Origin: an uncultured Pseudobdellovibrionaceae bacterium
Lineage (GTDB): Bacteria > Patescibacteriota > Minisyncoccia > Moranbacterales > GCA-2747515
Assembly (NCBI GenBank): GCA_964463705.1
Contig: CAYXCH010000021.1
Location: 1,162-65,161, forward strand
Length of the DNA stretch: 64,000 bases
Reading direction: 5' to 3'
The notes beneath the pieces were generated by a model that did no database searches, was not told the origin of the DNA, and worked only from the letters and a program-made list of their open reading frames with translations. Position numbers and translations under genes: made by a program. Shown one piece after another: positions 7,826 to 18,085 of the stretch. The first letter of the stretch is position 1, and every line of letters starts with the position of its first letter.

Positions 7826-8980
7826 TTACACAATACGAGTAACGATATAATCGGATAGCGCTGACAATCGCGCTCGTGTTTCAGAGTTAAACGGCAATCG
7901 AGCAATGGCCTCCAAACTTTCTTGGACACAGGTACGTGCATACGCCTCCGCCGCCGCTCGGGCACCGGTATCGGTAATCACTTGACAAAATGTCGCGATT
8001 TCTTCCGGTGTAAGATGATCTGTTCCGCGTAAGGCGTTTATGGTGGCACGTTGGTGATCGGTTGCCCGTTCCAATGCCGTTGCCAATAAAAATGTCATCT
8101 TCCCTTCCGAAATATCAGAGCCAACCGGTTTACCGATTTGCTCCTGTGTTCCGAACAGTCCGATAATATCATCCCGAATCTGAAACGCCGTTCCCAGCGG
8201 AAGGGCAACATCCATGATGGCGCGGTATACTTCCGGATCATCTCCGCGAGCCAAAACAGATCCCAGAATTAACGGTGTGGCAATCGTATAGTGAGCAGTT
8301 TTCTGACGATACATGCGCAATACGTCTGAAGGAGATACGGTGGGCGCTACCGCAAATCGCATATCCGAAGACTGCCCAACCGCAGTTTGTACGATTGTTT
8401 CTTGCATATATCGAAGGGCGGAAATAATTCGTTCGGGGTCACCCGGAGCCGTGAACAATGCGGCACTACCCAGTGCATTAACCATATCGCCAATAATCAG
8501 CGCAATACTCTCCCCCATATGTTGCGCTATTTCGGGAAGATGTGGCTGCAGGCGATCGCGATAGTATGTATGGATCGTCGGAACACCGTGTCGCTGGTCG
8601 TCGCGATCCATGATATCGTCGTGAATGAGCAAGTAAAGATGTATCAATTCAATATAAATACCGGCGCGTGTAATTAGTTCATCATGTGGTGATTTCCCCC
8701 CGCTTCCCACATAACTCCATGCCGCCAACGCCGGACGCAACCGCTTTCCCCCGCCGCATAAAATATTTTTTGCATGGTGGAGTGCGTGAGCCGTTTCTGT
8801 ATCGCTCTGCTTTACATTTTCAATTTGCTCATCCATGTACTGCGCCAACGGCTTATCAAAACGCTCCTTAAACGCCCGCAACTCAGCACGAATATCCGGT
8901 GTTGTCATATAGGTACGATTAAGATATCTTATCGGTATCGGCGCTGTCCGCATTGCGTTGCGCTTCATCCAGTGCAACAC
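7826..8980 (-). CDS. Polyprenyl (trans-isoprenyl) diphosphate synthase
   Basis: First aspartate-rich motif LIHDDIMDRDDQRHG and second FQIRDDIIGLFG. The true start is probably the internal Met MTTPDIR (about 8908), which removes the overlap with smc. Confidence 0.8.
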   Translation of the reverse strand: MLHWMKRNAMRTAPIPIRYLNRTYMTTPDIRAELRAFKERFDKPLAQYMDEQIENVKQSDTETAHALHHAKNILCGGGKRLRPALAAWSYVGSGGKSPHDELITRAGIYIELIHLYLLIHDDIMDRDDQRHGVPTIHTYYRDRLQPHLPEIAQHMGESIALIIGDMVNALGSAALFTAPGDPERIISALRYMQETIVQTAVGQSSDMRFAVAPTVSPSDVLRMYRQKTAHYTIATPLILGSVLARGDDPEVYRAIMDVALPLGTAFQIRDDIIGLFGTQEQIGKPVGSDISEGKMTFLLATALERATDHQRATINALRGTDHLTPEEIATFCQVITDTGARAAAEAYARTCVQESLEAIARLPFNSETRARLSALSDYIVTRIV

Positions 8981-11231
8981 TCAGTAGCCGAGAAATTCCG
9001 TCGCGGTTCATTGTAACACCGTATAACAGTGATGCATGGCGCATGGTTTCGCGATTGTGTGTAATAACAAGAAACTGCGTTTGCTGTGACAGACGATCTA
9101 AAATTGTACCAAATCGTCGGGCATTTGCTTCATCTAGCGCCGCTTCCACCTCGTCCAGCACTACAAATGGCGGTGGATTATGCGCAATAACGGCAAACAG
9201 TAGCGACAATGATACCAGCGATCGCTCTCCACCGGATAACTGAGAAAGATCGGAAATTTTCTTTCCCGGAGGCGTTGCACTAATTGTAATACCAATCATT
9301 TCTCCATCCGAATGTTCTTTTGATGTGCTGCCATCTCCCTCTGTTTCAGACACATCATCCGTTTTCTCCGTCGGTGGCGTAATCCGTGTACGGTGCAATT
9401 TTGCCACACCACCACCAAACATCATGCGGAAATAGCGTGTAAATTCTTTGCTGATGAATCCGTATGCCTCCGCAAACGCCGCATCAATTTGCGCATCCAG
9501 CTCTGCAATAACGGCGCGTGTATCACGAATTGCCGTGTATAAATCATCATGTTGAGAACGGAGGAATTCATAGCGCTCTTTTGTTTCCTCATATTCTTTA
9601 ATGACCAGCGGATCCACCGCACCGGCGCGCTCATGTTCTCGTCGCAATCGTGCAACACGACGTTCTAACGCTTCCATATCATCCACGGTATCAATTGAGG
9701 TATCCTTCAATAACTCTTCCGGCGTTGTTCCCAATTCCGTTTGTATCGCCGTCCGCAAATCTTCCTCGCGAACATCATTTTTTGCGCATTGAATATTGAT
9801 TTCATTGTATGCGGTGCGCGCGGCATCCAGTACCCGTTCTTTCTCTCGCAATACACGCTCTTTAGCAAAGAATTCCGCGCGTCGCTTCCGCTCCTCACTG
9901 GCGGCGGTGGCGGCGGCCTGTTCGGCATCGGCAATCGTTTTCATGCATCGGGCAATGTCCGCATCCAATGCCTCTCGTTGTTTCCGCAATGGTGAGATTG
10001 CGCGTTCTTGCTCCGCTCGAATACGTTCTTTTTCCGCGCTAACGTCTACATCTACGCTTCCGCGAATTACAGCCTCTCGCAAAGCGGATAATGCCGTTCG
10101 CAATGTAGACAACGCCGCTCGCACTGTGGAAATATCCGCATCATCGGAAACGGTAATGCGTTCCAACAGCTGTGTTAATTCGGCACGAACATATTGGGTA
10201 TCTACGGGAATTCGTTCTTTTAGTGCGGCAATATCACGCTCAGCGCGCTCAATATGCAGAGTAATTGTTGCATCAATCTTCGCTCGTTTTGCTCGGTAAG
10301 TGTCCAGCGTTTCTCGCGCTTCCCGTAGCTGTCGAGCAATTGTGTCATCTCCACTTGCCTCTGTTTCCAGCTCCGCCGCATACGCGCTCAGTTCTTTTGA
10401 TAGTGCGTCTACTTCCGCCTGTGCGGCGTCGCACGCGGCACGACGAGCGCGCTGTTCTTCACGCAATGTTCGCTGTTGCTCAAAAAATGTTGTTGCCGTA
10501 TGAAAAAACAATGTTCGTTGCGCTGTCTGCAACTCTTCCGCAATCTCTCGCGCTCGTTCCGCTCGTCGGGCTTGTCGTTTAAGAGATGCCAGATGTGGTT
10601 CGATTTCTTGCAGCAGTGTTGTCACGCGCTCCATGTTTGTTTCTGCTCGTCGCAGAGAAGATTGCGCCCGCGCCTTTTTAATCTGAAACGGTTTTACTCC
10701 CGCAGCGTCTTCAATAATTGCTCGTCGTTCTAAGGGTGTTGCCGTTAGCATTGCATCCGTCATGCCCTGAGTAATGATACTGTAACTTCCCTTTCCCAAT
10801 CCGGCATGAGCAAGTAAATCGGTAACGTCCATACGACGCACGCGCGCACCGTTGATGGTGTACTCGCTTCGTCCGTCACGGTAAACGGTACGTGTCAGTA
10901 CCACGTCACGGTATTCTGTTCCGAGCGTTCCGTCGCTGTTATCAAAATGAAGAGATACGCGACCGCTTCCGCTGCGACGCTGTGTATCACTTCCGGCAAA
11001 AATCACTCCATCACCGCTTTTGGAGCGAAGGCTTTTCATGGACTGCTCCCCCATCACCCACCGTACCGCATCCGCAATATTGGATTTTCCACTTCCATTC
11101 GGCCCGACGATTGCCGTTATTCCATATCGGACCGAACCGTCATCAGCATGAGTCATCGCTGCAGAAACGTCCAACACCGTCTCTTGTGCAAATGACTTAA
11201 ATCCGTGTAATGTAATCTTTGTGAGAAACAT
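8919..11231 (-). CDS. smc: SMC-family chromosome condensation ATPase, short (770 aa), no recognisable hinge
   Basis: N-terminus ITLHGFKSF...AIVGPNGSGKSNIADAVRWVMGEQS (SMC head/Walker A). Long coiled-coil. C-terminus LSQLSGGERSLVSLSLLFA...VVLDEVEAALD (signature motif/Walker B). Confidence 0.75.
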   Translation of the reverse strand: MFLTKITLHGFKSFAQETVLDVSAAMTHADDGSVRYGITAIVGPNGSGKSNIADAVRWVMGEQSMKSLRSKSGDGVIFAGSDTQRRSGSGRVSLHFDNSDGTLGTEYRDVVLTRTVYRDGRSEYTINGARVRRMDVTDLLAHAGLGKGSYSIITQGMTDAMLTATPLERRAIIEDAAGVKPFQIKKARAQSSLRRAETNMERVTTLLQEIEPHLASLKRQARRAERAREIAEELQTAQRTLFFHTATTFFEQQRTLREEQRARRAACDAAQAEVDALSKELSAYAAELETEASGDDTIARQLREARETLDTYRAKRAKIDATITLHIERAERDIAALKERIPVDTQYVRAELTQLLERITVSDDADISTVRAALSTLRTALSALREAVIRGSVDVDVSAEKERIRAEQERAISPLRKQREALDADIARCMKTIADAEQAAATAASEERKRRAEFFAKERVLREKERVLDAARTAYNEINIQCAKNDVREEDLRTAIQTELGTTPEELLKDTSIDTVDDMEALERRVARLRREHERAGAVDPLVIKEYEETKERYEFLRSQHDDLYTAIRDTRAVIAELDAQIDAAFAEAYGFISKEFTRYFRMMFGGGVAKLHRTRITPPTEKTDDVSETEGDGSTSKEHSDGEMIGITISATPPGKKISDLSQLSGGERSLVSLSLLFAVIAHNPPPFVVLDEVEAALDEANARRFGTILDRLSQQTQFLVITHNRETMRHASLLYGVTMNRDGISRLLSVALDEAQRNADSADTDKIS

Positions 11232-11927
11232 TTATTCCCATCCTAAGTGTTCTCGCGCCGCTTGTGCCGCCGCTCGTTGCGCATCCTGTTTTGAGCGACC
11301 GACGCCATGTGTAATCAATTCATCTCCAATATATACGCCGGCGACAAACTCACGATCGTGATCCGGACCACGCTCTTCCAAGATTTCATAGTGTGGCGTA
11401 ATACCGCGATGACGTTGTGCCAACTCCTGAAAGTAGCTTTTGGGATCGCGATAGAGCTTTTTGTTTAGGATTTCGTCCAAGTGAATTAAAATTGTTCGTG
11501 TAATAAATCGTTTCGCCGCATCATACCCTTGATCCAAATGAATCGCACCGATAATCGCTTCCACGGTATTTGCCAGAATGTGGTGTCGGGCACGCATGTT
11601 TTCACCTCGCGCCTCACCGCGACCCATGCGCAAGTAGCGTGTAATTCCCAAATCTGTCGCCACTCGTGCCAACATATCGGTATTGACAAGCGCTGCTCGC
11701 CATGCCGTTAATTCACCTTCCGGGTTATCATAATTGGCAAATAAATGTTCCGTCACTACCAGTTCCAATACGGCGTCACCCAAAAATTCCAGCCGCTCAT
11801 TGTGTCCTCCGGTATAGTTACGATGTTCATTAATATATGAACGGTGTGTCAGTGCTTGTTCCAAATACTTAGGGTTGGAAAATGTTATTCCCAGAGCGCG
11901 CGCACATGCATTGTGTGTTGTTTCCAT
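11232..11927 (-). CDS. rnc: Ribonuclease III
   Basis: ERLEFLGDAVLELVVTEHLF RNase III signature. C-terminal dsRBD-like region. Confidence 0.9.
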   Translation of the reverse strand: METTHNACARALGITFSNPKYLEQALTHRSYINEHRNYTGGHNERLEFLGDAVLELVVTEHLFANYDNPEGELTAWRAALVNTDMLARVATDLGITRYLRMGRGEARGENMRARHHILANTVEAIIGAIHLDQGYDAAKRFITRTILIHLDEILNKKLYRDPKSYFQELAQRHRGITPHYEILEERGPDHDREFVAGVYIGDELITHGVGRSKQDAQRAAAQAAREHLGWE

Positions 11928-11930
11928 AGT

Positions 11931-12503
11931 CTATCCGTTATCTGAATGTTCAACATCCGGTGTTGTTTCCTGTTGCGCCCACGCCGCTCGTCGTGCCCGC
12001 CCCTTCTGTGTCGTATCATCTTTCATCGGCTCTCCCATTTCGCGATAAATTGTTCCCAATACTCCGTTAACGAATCGGGGTGATGCATCGCTTCCAAACG
12101 TCTTTGCCATCTCAATCGCTTCGTTAATGGCAACTTTCGGCGGAACGGCGGCGTAATCTCCATAGACCAATTCATAAATTCCTATGCGCAGAATATTACG
12201 ATCAACACTGGCGATTTGCGGTAGCGGCCATTCCGGCGCGCACTGTTGAATTAACGCATCAATCGCTTCTTGATGTGTCAGTACTCCTTCCACAAGTTCT
12301 ACGGTAAATGACGCATCGTCCGCACCGGGAGCGAACTCCTCCACATTATGCGCAATATAGTCGCTAATATTGTCATTGTGCTGTCCGTTAAAATCCCATT
12401 CATACAGGGATTGCATCGCAATACTGCGTTGAAGATGTCTGTTTGCCATCGGTGTATTTCTGTTTATGTACTTCGCAAAAACCACCGCCACAGCGGTGGT
12501 CAT
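11931..12503 (-). CDS. nusB: Transcription antitermination factor NusB (with C-terminal extension)
   Basis: [17 protein letters not shown] start typical of NusB. Position upstream of rnc. Confidence 0.7.
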   Translation of the reverse strand: MTTAVAVVFAKYINRNTPMANRHLQRSIAMQSLYEWDFNGQHNDNISDYIAHNVEEFAPGADDASFTVELVEGVLTHQEAIDALIQQCAPEWPLPQIASVDRNILRIGIYELVYGDYAAVPPKVAINEAIEMAKTFGSDASPRFVNGVLGTIYREMGEPMKDDTTQKGRARRAAWAQQETTPDVEHSDNG

Positions 12504-12508
12504 CGGAC

Positions 12509-12715
12509 TTACGCATCTGCATCCGTTTTTGCAAACACGTCACTGTAATCACGGCCCTTATAAACGGGGTTATCCGCGCTAATACGATGTCCTTGTGCTC
12601 CGTTACCGGAGAGGTTTTTGAGTGTAATCGCGTACTGTCCGCGACGATTGCGTCGCGCCGTTTTCCCGCGACGTTGCTTTGGTACGGTCATGATAATACG
12701 GTTATAATCTGTCAC
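12509..12715 (-). CDS. Small basic protein, unknown function
   Basis: 68-aa ORF rich in R/K ([16 protein letters not shown]). Coding status uncertain. Confidence 0.3.
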   Translation of the reverse strand: MTDYNRIIMTVPKQRRGKTARRNRRGQYAITLKNLSGNGAQGHRISADNPVYKGRDYSDVFAKTDADA

Positions 12716-12812
12716 AATACAGAAACACGGGACGCGCCCGATCTCCCCTCCACGATAGCATGCAACGATACTTTTGGCAAGAGGAGGAGTGTGTGGTGAG
12801 TAAACGATAAAA

Positions 12813-13973
12813 CTATGTCATCTCCAATAATCCGTGAGCGATGCGCGCCGCCGCATGTGGATGGTAGAACCGCTCAATACGCGCTCCCATTGCAGTACGA
12901 AGCGCAACATCATTAAGCAACTCCTCTATTGTTTCAGAGAGCATATCGGGTCCAATATTTCCTTCTTCCAATACAACGGCTCCACCAACTTCCGCAACGG
13001 CAAAGGCATTCATGTATTGATGATTATTTGCACTGTTACGTAATGGAACAAGAATTGCCGCCGTAGAATGTGCGGCAATTTCAGCAATGGCACTTGCTCC
13101 GGCGCGAGAGATAACAAGTGTTGCCGCCGCCAGCGCATCTCCCATCTCTTCTTCTGAAAGAAAATCCACCGCCGTATATCCATCTCGTCCGGCCTTAATA
13201 CCATGTCGCGCAACGGCATGAGTAACATATTCACGATGAGTCGGGCCGGTCTGATGTAGAATTTGTGTGTGCTTGATGAGTTTTGGAGCGGCATCAATAA
13301 TTGCAATATTTAGTGCCTGCGCTCCTTGAGATCCGCCAATGACTACTACCAGCGGTTTTTCCGGAGACAGATGATGGCGCGCATAGGCTCGCTCCGCATT
13401 ACCATGTGCAACAGCGCGTCGAACCGGAATACCGGTCAATGCCACTTTGCGTTCACGGAAAAATTGCTTTGCTCGTGGATATGTAATCGCAATACGTCGC
13501 GCCAATTTACCCAGAATACGATTCGCCACCCCGGGGATTGCATCCGATTCATGTACCATAATCGGGATACGATATATCCATGCCGCAATCACTACCGGAA
13601 CCGCTCCATATCCTCCTTTGGCAAATACAACATCCGGCATGTAAACCAATACATGGTATAGGGATTGCAGTATTCCCCAAATGGTGCGAAACGGATCTAT
13701 GATGTTTTGCCATGAAGCATATCGGCGAACTTTTCCGGCGCTGACAAAGGTTGTTTTAATATTCTCTGCGGAAAATGCTTCTCGCTCTCGCTCTTCCAAT
13801 GGCCCGTGCGGTCCAATGTATTGAATGATTGTTTCCGCATCTCCGTGTTGTTTTCGTAAAGCGCGAGCAACGGCAATCAGCGGATATGTATGTCCGCCTG
13901 TCCCGCCACCGGTTAAAAGAATGTGTTTTGTTGCCATACAAAATACGTTTGTACTGTTTAGTATAGCACACAC
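12813..13973 (-). CDS. murG: UDP-GlcNAc:undecaprenyl-PP-MurNAc-pentapeptide GlcNAc transferase
   Basis: HILLTGGGTGGHTYPLIAVARAL N-terminal glycine-rich motif. GT28 architecture. Confidence 0.9.
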   Translation of the reverse strand: MCAILNSTNVFCMATKHILLTGGGTGGHTYPLIAVARALRKQHGDAETIIQYIGPHGPLEEREREAFSAENIKTTFVSAGKVRRYASWQNIIDPFRTIWGILQSLYHVLVYMPDVVFAKGGYGAVPVVIAAWIYRIPIMVHESDAIPGVANRILGKLARRIAITYPRAKQFFRERKVALTGIPVRRAVAHGNAERAYARHHLSPEKPLVVVIGGSQGAQALNIAIIDAAPKLIKHTQILHQTGPTHREYVTHAVARHGIKAGRDGYTAVDFLSEEEMGDALAAATLVISRAGASAIAEIAAHSTAAILVPLRNSANNHQYMNAFAVAEVGGAVVLEEGNIGPDMLSETIEELLNDVALRTAMGARIERFYHPHAAARIAHGLLEMT

Positions 13974-15113
13974 TTATCGTGTGCGTCGGGTGGTAGATCC
14001 GATATTCAATAATACCCCGATACCGCATAGTGTCACCACCAATGCCGTGGACCCATAACTGATAAGCGGCAAAGGAATTCCGGTCAACGGCATCAGTGCC
14101 GTAACGGCGGCAATGTTAAAGAATGCCTGTGTCAAAATCCACGTTGTAATACCAACCGCCACCAATCGTCCAAAGGTATCCGCCGCCGTCCGGGCAATGC
14201 GGTATCCGCAGTACGCAAATAACGCAAACAATAGCAGTAATATTGTCGCACCAATAAAGCCCCACTCTTCCGCAATAACCGCAAAAATGGAATCTCCCAC
14301 CGGCTCAGGAAGATAGTTAAATTTTTGCAACCCGTGTCCGAACCCGCGTCCGAACACACCGCCGGCACCGATGGCAATTAATCCTTGTAATACCTGATAC
14401 CCCGTGCCGGTCGGATCACTATATGGATCTAAAAATGTTGTCAACCGTTGCAGACGATAGGGCGCACTGGCAATGAGTGCCGCAACTCCCGCCGCCGCCG
14501 CCACAATACCGCCTATAATATACAGCAATCCCCCACCGGCGGTGAAAAACAGCGTTCCCGCAATAATAACCATCACACCCAGTGTTCCCATGTCCGGTTG
14601 TGCAAGAATAAGAAAGCCGATCCCTCCCATAATAACGATCAATGGCAATAGTGTTTCATAGAGATCATTCATTGTTTTCTGTCGTGATGCGAAAAACGCC
14701 GATAGATAGAAAATCAATGCCAATTTCATTATCTCCGAAGGCTGAATGGTTACCGGCCCCAATGCCAACCATCGCTTTGCGCCATACACCTCTTGACTGA
14801 CCCCGGGAATAAGCAACACAATTAACAACGCCGTTGCCAGTAACAGTATCGGCACAGCAAACCGTTCATATATGTGGTAATCAATCCGACGGACCACCAA
14901 TAGTGCGCCAATTCCGATTACCACACCGATGGATTGTCGCAGGACAAAAAACCACGTGCTACCGAATCGTGTTTCACTATACAATGCTCCGGCACTGGCA
15001 ATCATCAACAGACCGAACAACACCAGAGTGATTGTTAGTACCAATAGAACACGTTGTGGATTGAATGATGTCATCGTGAAGGTGTTTGAGGAGTACTGTG
15101 TTCTTCTCGCCAC
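13974..15113 (-). CDS. ftsW: SEDS-family peptidoglycan polymerase FtsW/RodA
   Basis: Ten-TM profile. GVFGRGFGHGLQKFNYLPEPVGDSIFAVIAEEWGFIG motif. Adjacent to murG. Start probably at internal Met MTSFNPQ (about 15074). Confidence 0.85.
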   Translation of the reverse strand: MARRTQYSSNTFTMTSFNPQRVLLVLTITLVLFGLLMIASAGALYSETRFGSTWFFVLRQSIGVVIGIGALLVVRRIDYHIYERFAVPILLLATALLIVLLIPGVSQEVYGAKRWLALGPVTIQPSEIMKLALIFYLSAFFASRQKTMNDLYETLLPLIVIMGGIGFLILAQPDMGTLGVMVIIAGTLFFTAGGGLLYIIGGIVAAAAGVAALIASAPYRLQRLTTFLDPYSDPTGTGYQVLQGLIAIGAGGVFGRGFGHGLQKFNYLPEPVGDSIFAVIAEEWGFIGATILLLLFALFAYCGYRIARTAADTFGRLVAVGITTWILTQAFFNIAAVTALMPLTGIPLPLISYGSTALVVTLCGIGVLLNIGSTTRRTR

Positions 15114-15736
15114 CGAGCAATCGCCGCATGATCGCCGCTACGCAGAACGTCCGGTACCGTCCATCCGTTATATTCCGCCGGTGCCGTATAGTGCGGATGT
15201 TCCGCAAATGTTGTTTTGCTATGAGATTCTTGTTCCGCGCTTTGCGCATTACCCAGTACACCGGGAAGCAGGCGCACAATACTGTCTACAATCACCAGCG
15301 CGCCCAATTCTCCACCGGTTAAAACATAATCACCAATGCGTAGTTCTTCATCGGCAATATGTTCCGCCACTCGCTCATCAATCCCCTCATACCGCCCGCA
15401 CAACAGAATAATTTGATCATACTGTGCCAAGCGATGAGCATCATTCTGCGTAAATGCACGCCCTTTTGCCGATAGCACAATTGTGCGAACGGATGCGTGA
15501 CGGTTCCGAATGGCGCGAACGGCACGATCAAATGGCTCCACCTTCAACACCATGCCCGCTCCACCGCCATAAGGAGTATCATCTACCGTACGGTGAGTAT
15601 CCGTTGTGTAGTCACGAAGATCGTGAGCTGTGATGCGCACGTGATTGTTTCGCTGCGCTCGTCCCAGAATGGACGCGGTGGTATACGGCGTGATTGCATC
15701 GGGAAAAATTGTGATAATGTCGTAGCGCTTCTTCAT
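15071..15736 (-). CDS. trmD: tRNA (guanine37-N1)-methyltransferase
   Basis: MKKRYDIITIFPD...GGGAGMVLKVEP...LLCGRYEGIDERV. Real start at 15736 (ATGA overlap with the upstream gene's stop). The ORF-track entry 15071-16057 is over-extended at its N-terminus. Confidence 0.85.
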   Translation of the reverse strand: MKKRYDIITIFPDAITPYTTASILGRAQRNNHVRITAHDLRDYTTDTHRTVDDTPYGGGAGMVLKVEPFDRAVRAIRNRHASVRTIVLSAKGRAFTQNDAHRLAQYDQIILLCGRYEGIDERVAEHIADEELRIGDYVLTGGELGALVIVDSIVRLLPGVLGNAQSAEQESHSKTTFAEHPHYTAPAEYNGWTVPDVLRSGDHAAIARWREEHSTPQTPSR

Positions 15737-17331
15737 AGGTGTTGATGAAAACGAGTGGGAACAATTGCCACCGCAACGCCAAGTAATACCCATGGAAAGG
15801 CCAGAAAAATTCCGGCATTGAAGAGGTTGCCGATAAATACTGCGATAAGAGCAGCGTTCATCGGTATAGCATATGAGCGCCGTTTTCGAACATGTCGCAC
15901 AGTGCGCGCAATCGCACTCATTGCCCATCCCCATAATACACCAATCCCCACTGCTCCAAGAATACCACCGCCGATTAACGCTTCGATAAAAAGATTGCTG
16001 CTGTTCAGTGTTGTACCGCGGGCGTCCCGTCCAAGATCTATTCCTCCAAAGCCCCAACCGAGCATACTCCGGATTGGATCACTGCGCAGCGTATCGGCAA
16101 CGGTATGATAAATTTCTTGCCGTGTGCCGATGGAAGGATCGTTGCGGCGAACCGTGTGAATTATCATGCCCTGCGCACGGAGCGAATCACGATCTTGTAA
16201 GCGAATGTGTCGGCATCCGGTAGATGCCAATTCTTCCACAGTGGCGATATGAGATGGAAGCGTTTTCGCCGCGTCCGGCGTATCACAGGCAACGGTAATG
16301 GTTTGCGTTCCATCCGTTAAACTGCGGACACGATCCGATAGAGAGAAGTCACTCAACATCACTCCCGCCGCTACCGCCACAATCAGTGCCGTGACCGGCA
16401 ATTGCCAGAGTTCTCGCCATTGTGTTCTGTCACCATATCGGTAGTGAAGGTATATCCCGACCACCAGTGCCGTTCCGGCTGCCAACCACGCGCTTCGTGT
16501 TACGGAAAGAATCAACGCCGTCATTGAAAGAGTGAGCACTACTGCCATCACTCTGCGAATATTGCGTCGTCGCTTAACCATCAATGCCGCCAGTGCGAGC
16601 GCCACAATTGTCGCCGCGTATAATCCCAGCCAATTAGGCTCCGGAAATGTTCCGTGAGCACGTGCGTCCATGAGTGTTGCACCGCTAACCACTTGACCGA
16701 TGGCAATAATCATAACAACCACAGCGCCGGAGAGTACCGCCTGCAAGGCTTCACGAACATCTCTTGCTTTGTGAACATATATTCGCGCTAACGTATACCA
16801 CAGCGCCGATGATACTACCGCATCCACCGCCTCCGGACGATGACTGACTACTGCGGCAAGGATACTTCCCGTCACCCATAGGATGACGGCCATATCCGGA
16901 AGACGAAGATGTTGCCATCGCAGCCGATGCCCGTGTCGGATAATCGTTGCAAAGAATAGTGCCGCTCCGATAACCTGATACGGACGAACTGATATTTCTA
17001 TTGGCGACAACACCGCAAATACCGTCAATTCCATCGGAAGCAATGCAATAAAAATCCTCCAGAGTGTGCGCGGCCAAGAGAGTGCCGCCGCCATGCTAAG
17101 CACCGATACAAAAATCATTGTGGGGAGCGACACCGGCGCTACTCCCCGCTCCGCACTCAATGCTATCCAAACAGCATACAGTACCGCTACAGAAAATGCG
17201 GCACTGAGCGGAACCAGTGTTTTCGGTGATCGCAGGTATGTACTTCCATGTCGCACCCACCGACGAATACTGTAGCCGATAGAATTCATGATGATGAACG
17301 ATTTCCAATGCGAATAATGCGTACCGGACAT
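15733..17331 (-). CDS. O-antigen ligase (Wzy_C/RfaL)-family polytopic membrane protein
   Basis: Multi-TM. LSVTRSAWLAAGTALVVG motif characteristic of the O-antigen ligase domain. The real start is probably an internal Met, downstream of the ferredoxin gene. Confidence 0.6.
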   Translation of the reverse strand: MSGTHYSHWKSFIIMNSIGYSIRRWVRHGSTYLRSPKTLVPLSAAFSVAVLYAVWIALSAERGVAPVSLPTMIFVSVLSMAAALSWPRTLWRIFIALLPMELTVFAVLSPIEISVRPYQVIGAALFFATIIRHGHRLRWQHLRLPDMAVILWVTGSILAAVVSHRPEAVDAVVSSALWYTLARIYVHKARDVREALQAVLSGAVVVMIIAIGQVVSGATLMDARAHGTFPEPNWLGLYAATIVALALAALMVKRRRNIRRVMAVVLTLSMTALILSVTRSAWLAAGTALVVGIYLHYRYGDRTQWRELWQLPVTALIVAVAAGVMLSDFSLSDRVRSLTDGTQTITVACDTPDAAKTLPSHIATVEELASTGCRHIRLQDRDSLRAQGMIIHTVRRNDPSIGTRQEIYHTVADTLRSDPIRSMLGWGFGGIDLGRDARGTTLNSSNLFIEALIGGGILGAVGIGVLWGWAMSAIARTVRHVRKRRSYAIPMNAALIAVFIGNLFNAGIFLAFPWVLLGVAVAIVPTRFHQHL

Positions 17332-17543
17332 GCTGCCGCCGCCGCGTGGTTATCTTCCGTGCGAGAGGGCTCATCCTCCACTGAGGCTACCATAAACTCT
17401 TTTCCGTGCCACCGCGATCCGATGAGAATCGCCTTCCCGTCTTCACGGCTCATTCGCCACGTATGGGGCGCGATTTGCGCACACGACCCACAGCCGATAC
17501 AGTCGTTACGTTTATGACTAATGGTAAGTTTTCTCGTTCCCAT
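17286..17543 (-). CDS. Small ferredoxin (4Fe-4S)
   Basis: CIGCGSCAQIAP...AAAAACPV cysteine motif. Confidence 0.65.
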   Translation of the reverse strand: MGTRKLTISHKRNDCIGCGSCAQIAPHTWRMSREDGKAILIGSRWHGKEFMVASVEDEPSRTEDNHAAAAACPVRIIRIGNRSSS

Positions 17544-17545
17544 AA

Positions 17546-18085
17546 CTACTTCTCAAATAGTTCCATATCTCGCAGAAACGTTTCATATTGTGCCAGTGTT
17601 CGCTCCGCCTCCTCTCGTGTCAGCGTAAAATCTCGCTGTGAAACAATTGCCGCACAGACCTCATGAGCCTCCCGCAATTGGGCGGCACTATCAATCATTT
17701 GTCTCTCCAATAAGGATATTTTTTCCGCCATGGTCGGTTTTTTGTATCCGATTTTATCAAGAAGACGTTCAATCATCTGATCCGCTTCCAGTATGGCAAC
17801 CTTGTAATATTGGGGATCGGATTTTTTCAATCGTGACATAATGCGGCGCCACTTTCGCTTAACCTCAACATGTGTATGTACCTTTGCTCCCCGCTTACTC
17901 TTTCGCATCTCATCTCGTGCGTTAATGAGGAAAAGCAAAATAATAATTGACACGATAAGCACCGTAACATACACTGCGGCAAAAAATTTCAATACACTGA
18001 AAAACGGTGAGTGGAACAACCACACCCACCCATCACCAATACGATCTATTGCAGAGACAGATTGTTCGGTTTGTGTAAACGTCAT
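17546..18085 (-). CDS. Hypothetical membrane-anchored protein
   Basis: One TM (FFAAVYVTVLIVSIIILLFLI) followed by a charged helical region. 4-nt overlap with gatA. Confidence 0.4.
   Translation of the reverse strand: MTFTQTEQSVSAIDRIGDGWVWLFHSPFFSVLKFFAAVYVTVLIVSIIILLFLINARDEMRKSKRGAKVHTHVEVKRKWRRIMSRLKKSDPQYYKVAILEADQMIERLLDKIGYKKPTMAEKISLLERQMIDSAAQLREAHEVCAAIVSQRDFTLTREEAERTLAQYETFLRDMELFEK

Noticed and set aside
15737-16057. N-terminal 107 codons of ORF-track entry 15071-16057
   Set aside because: This is a Cys-rich non-homologous extension overlapping the upstream membrane-protein gene. TrmD homology starts at the internal MKKRYDIITIFPD (ATG at 15736, ATGA overlap), so the gene was trimmed.
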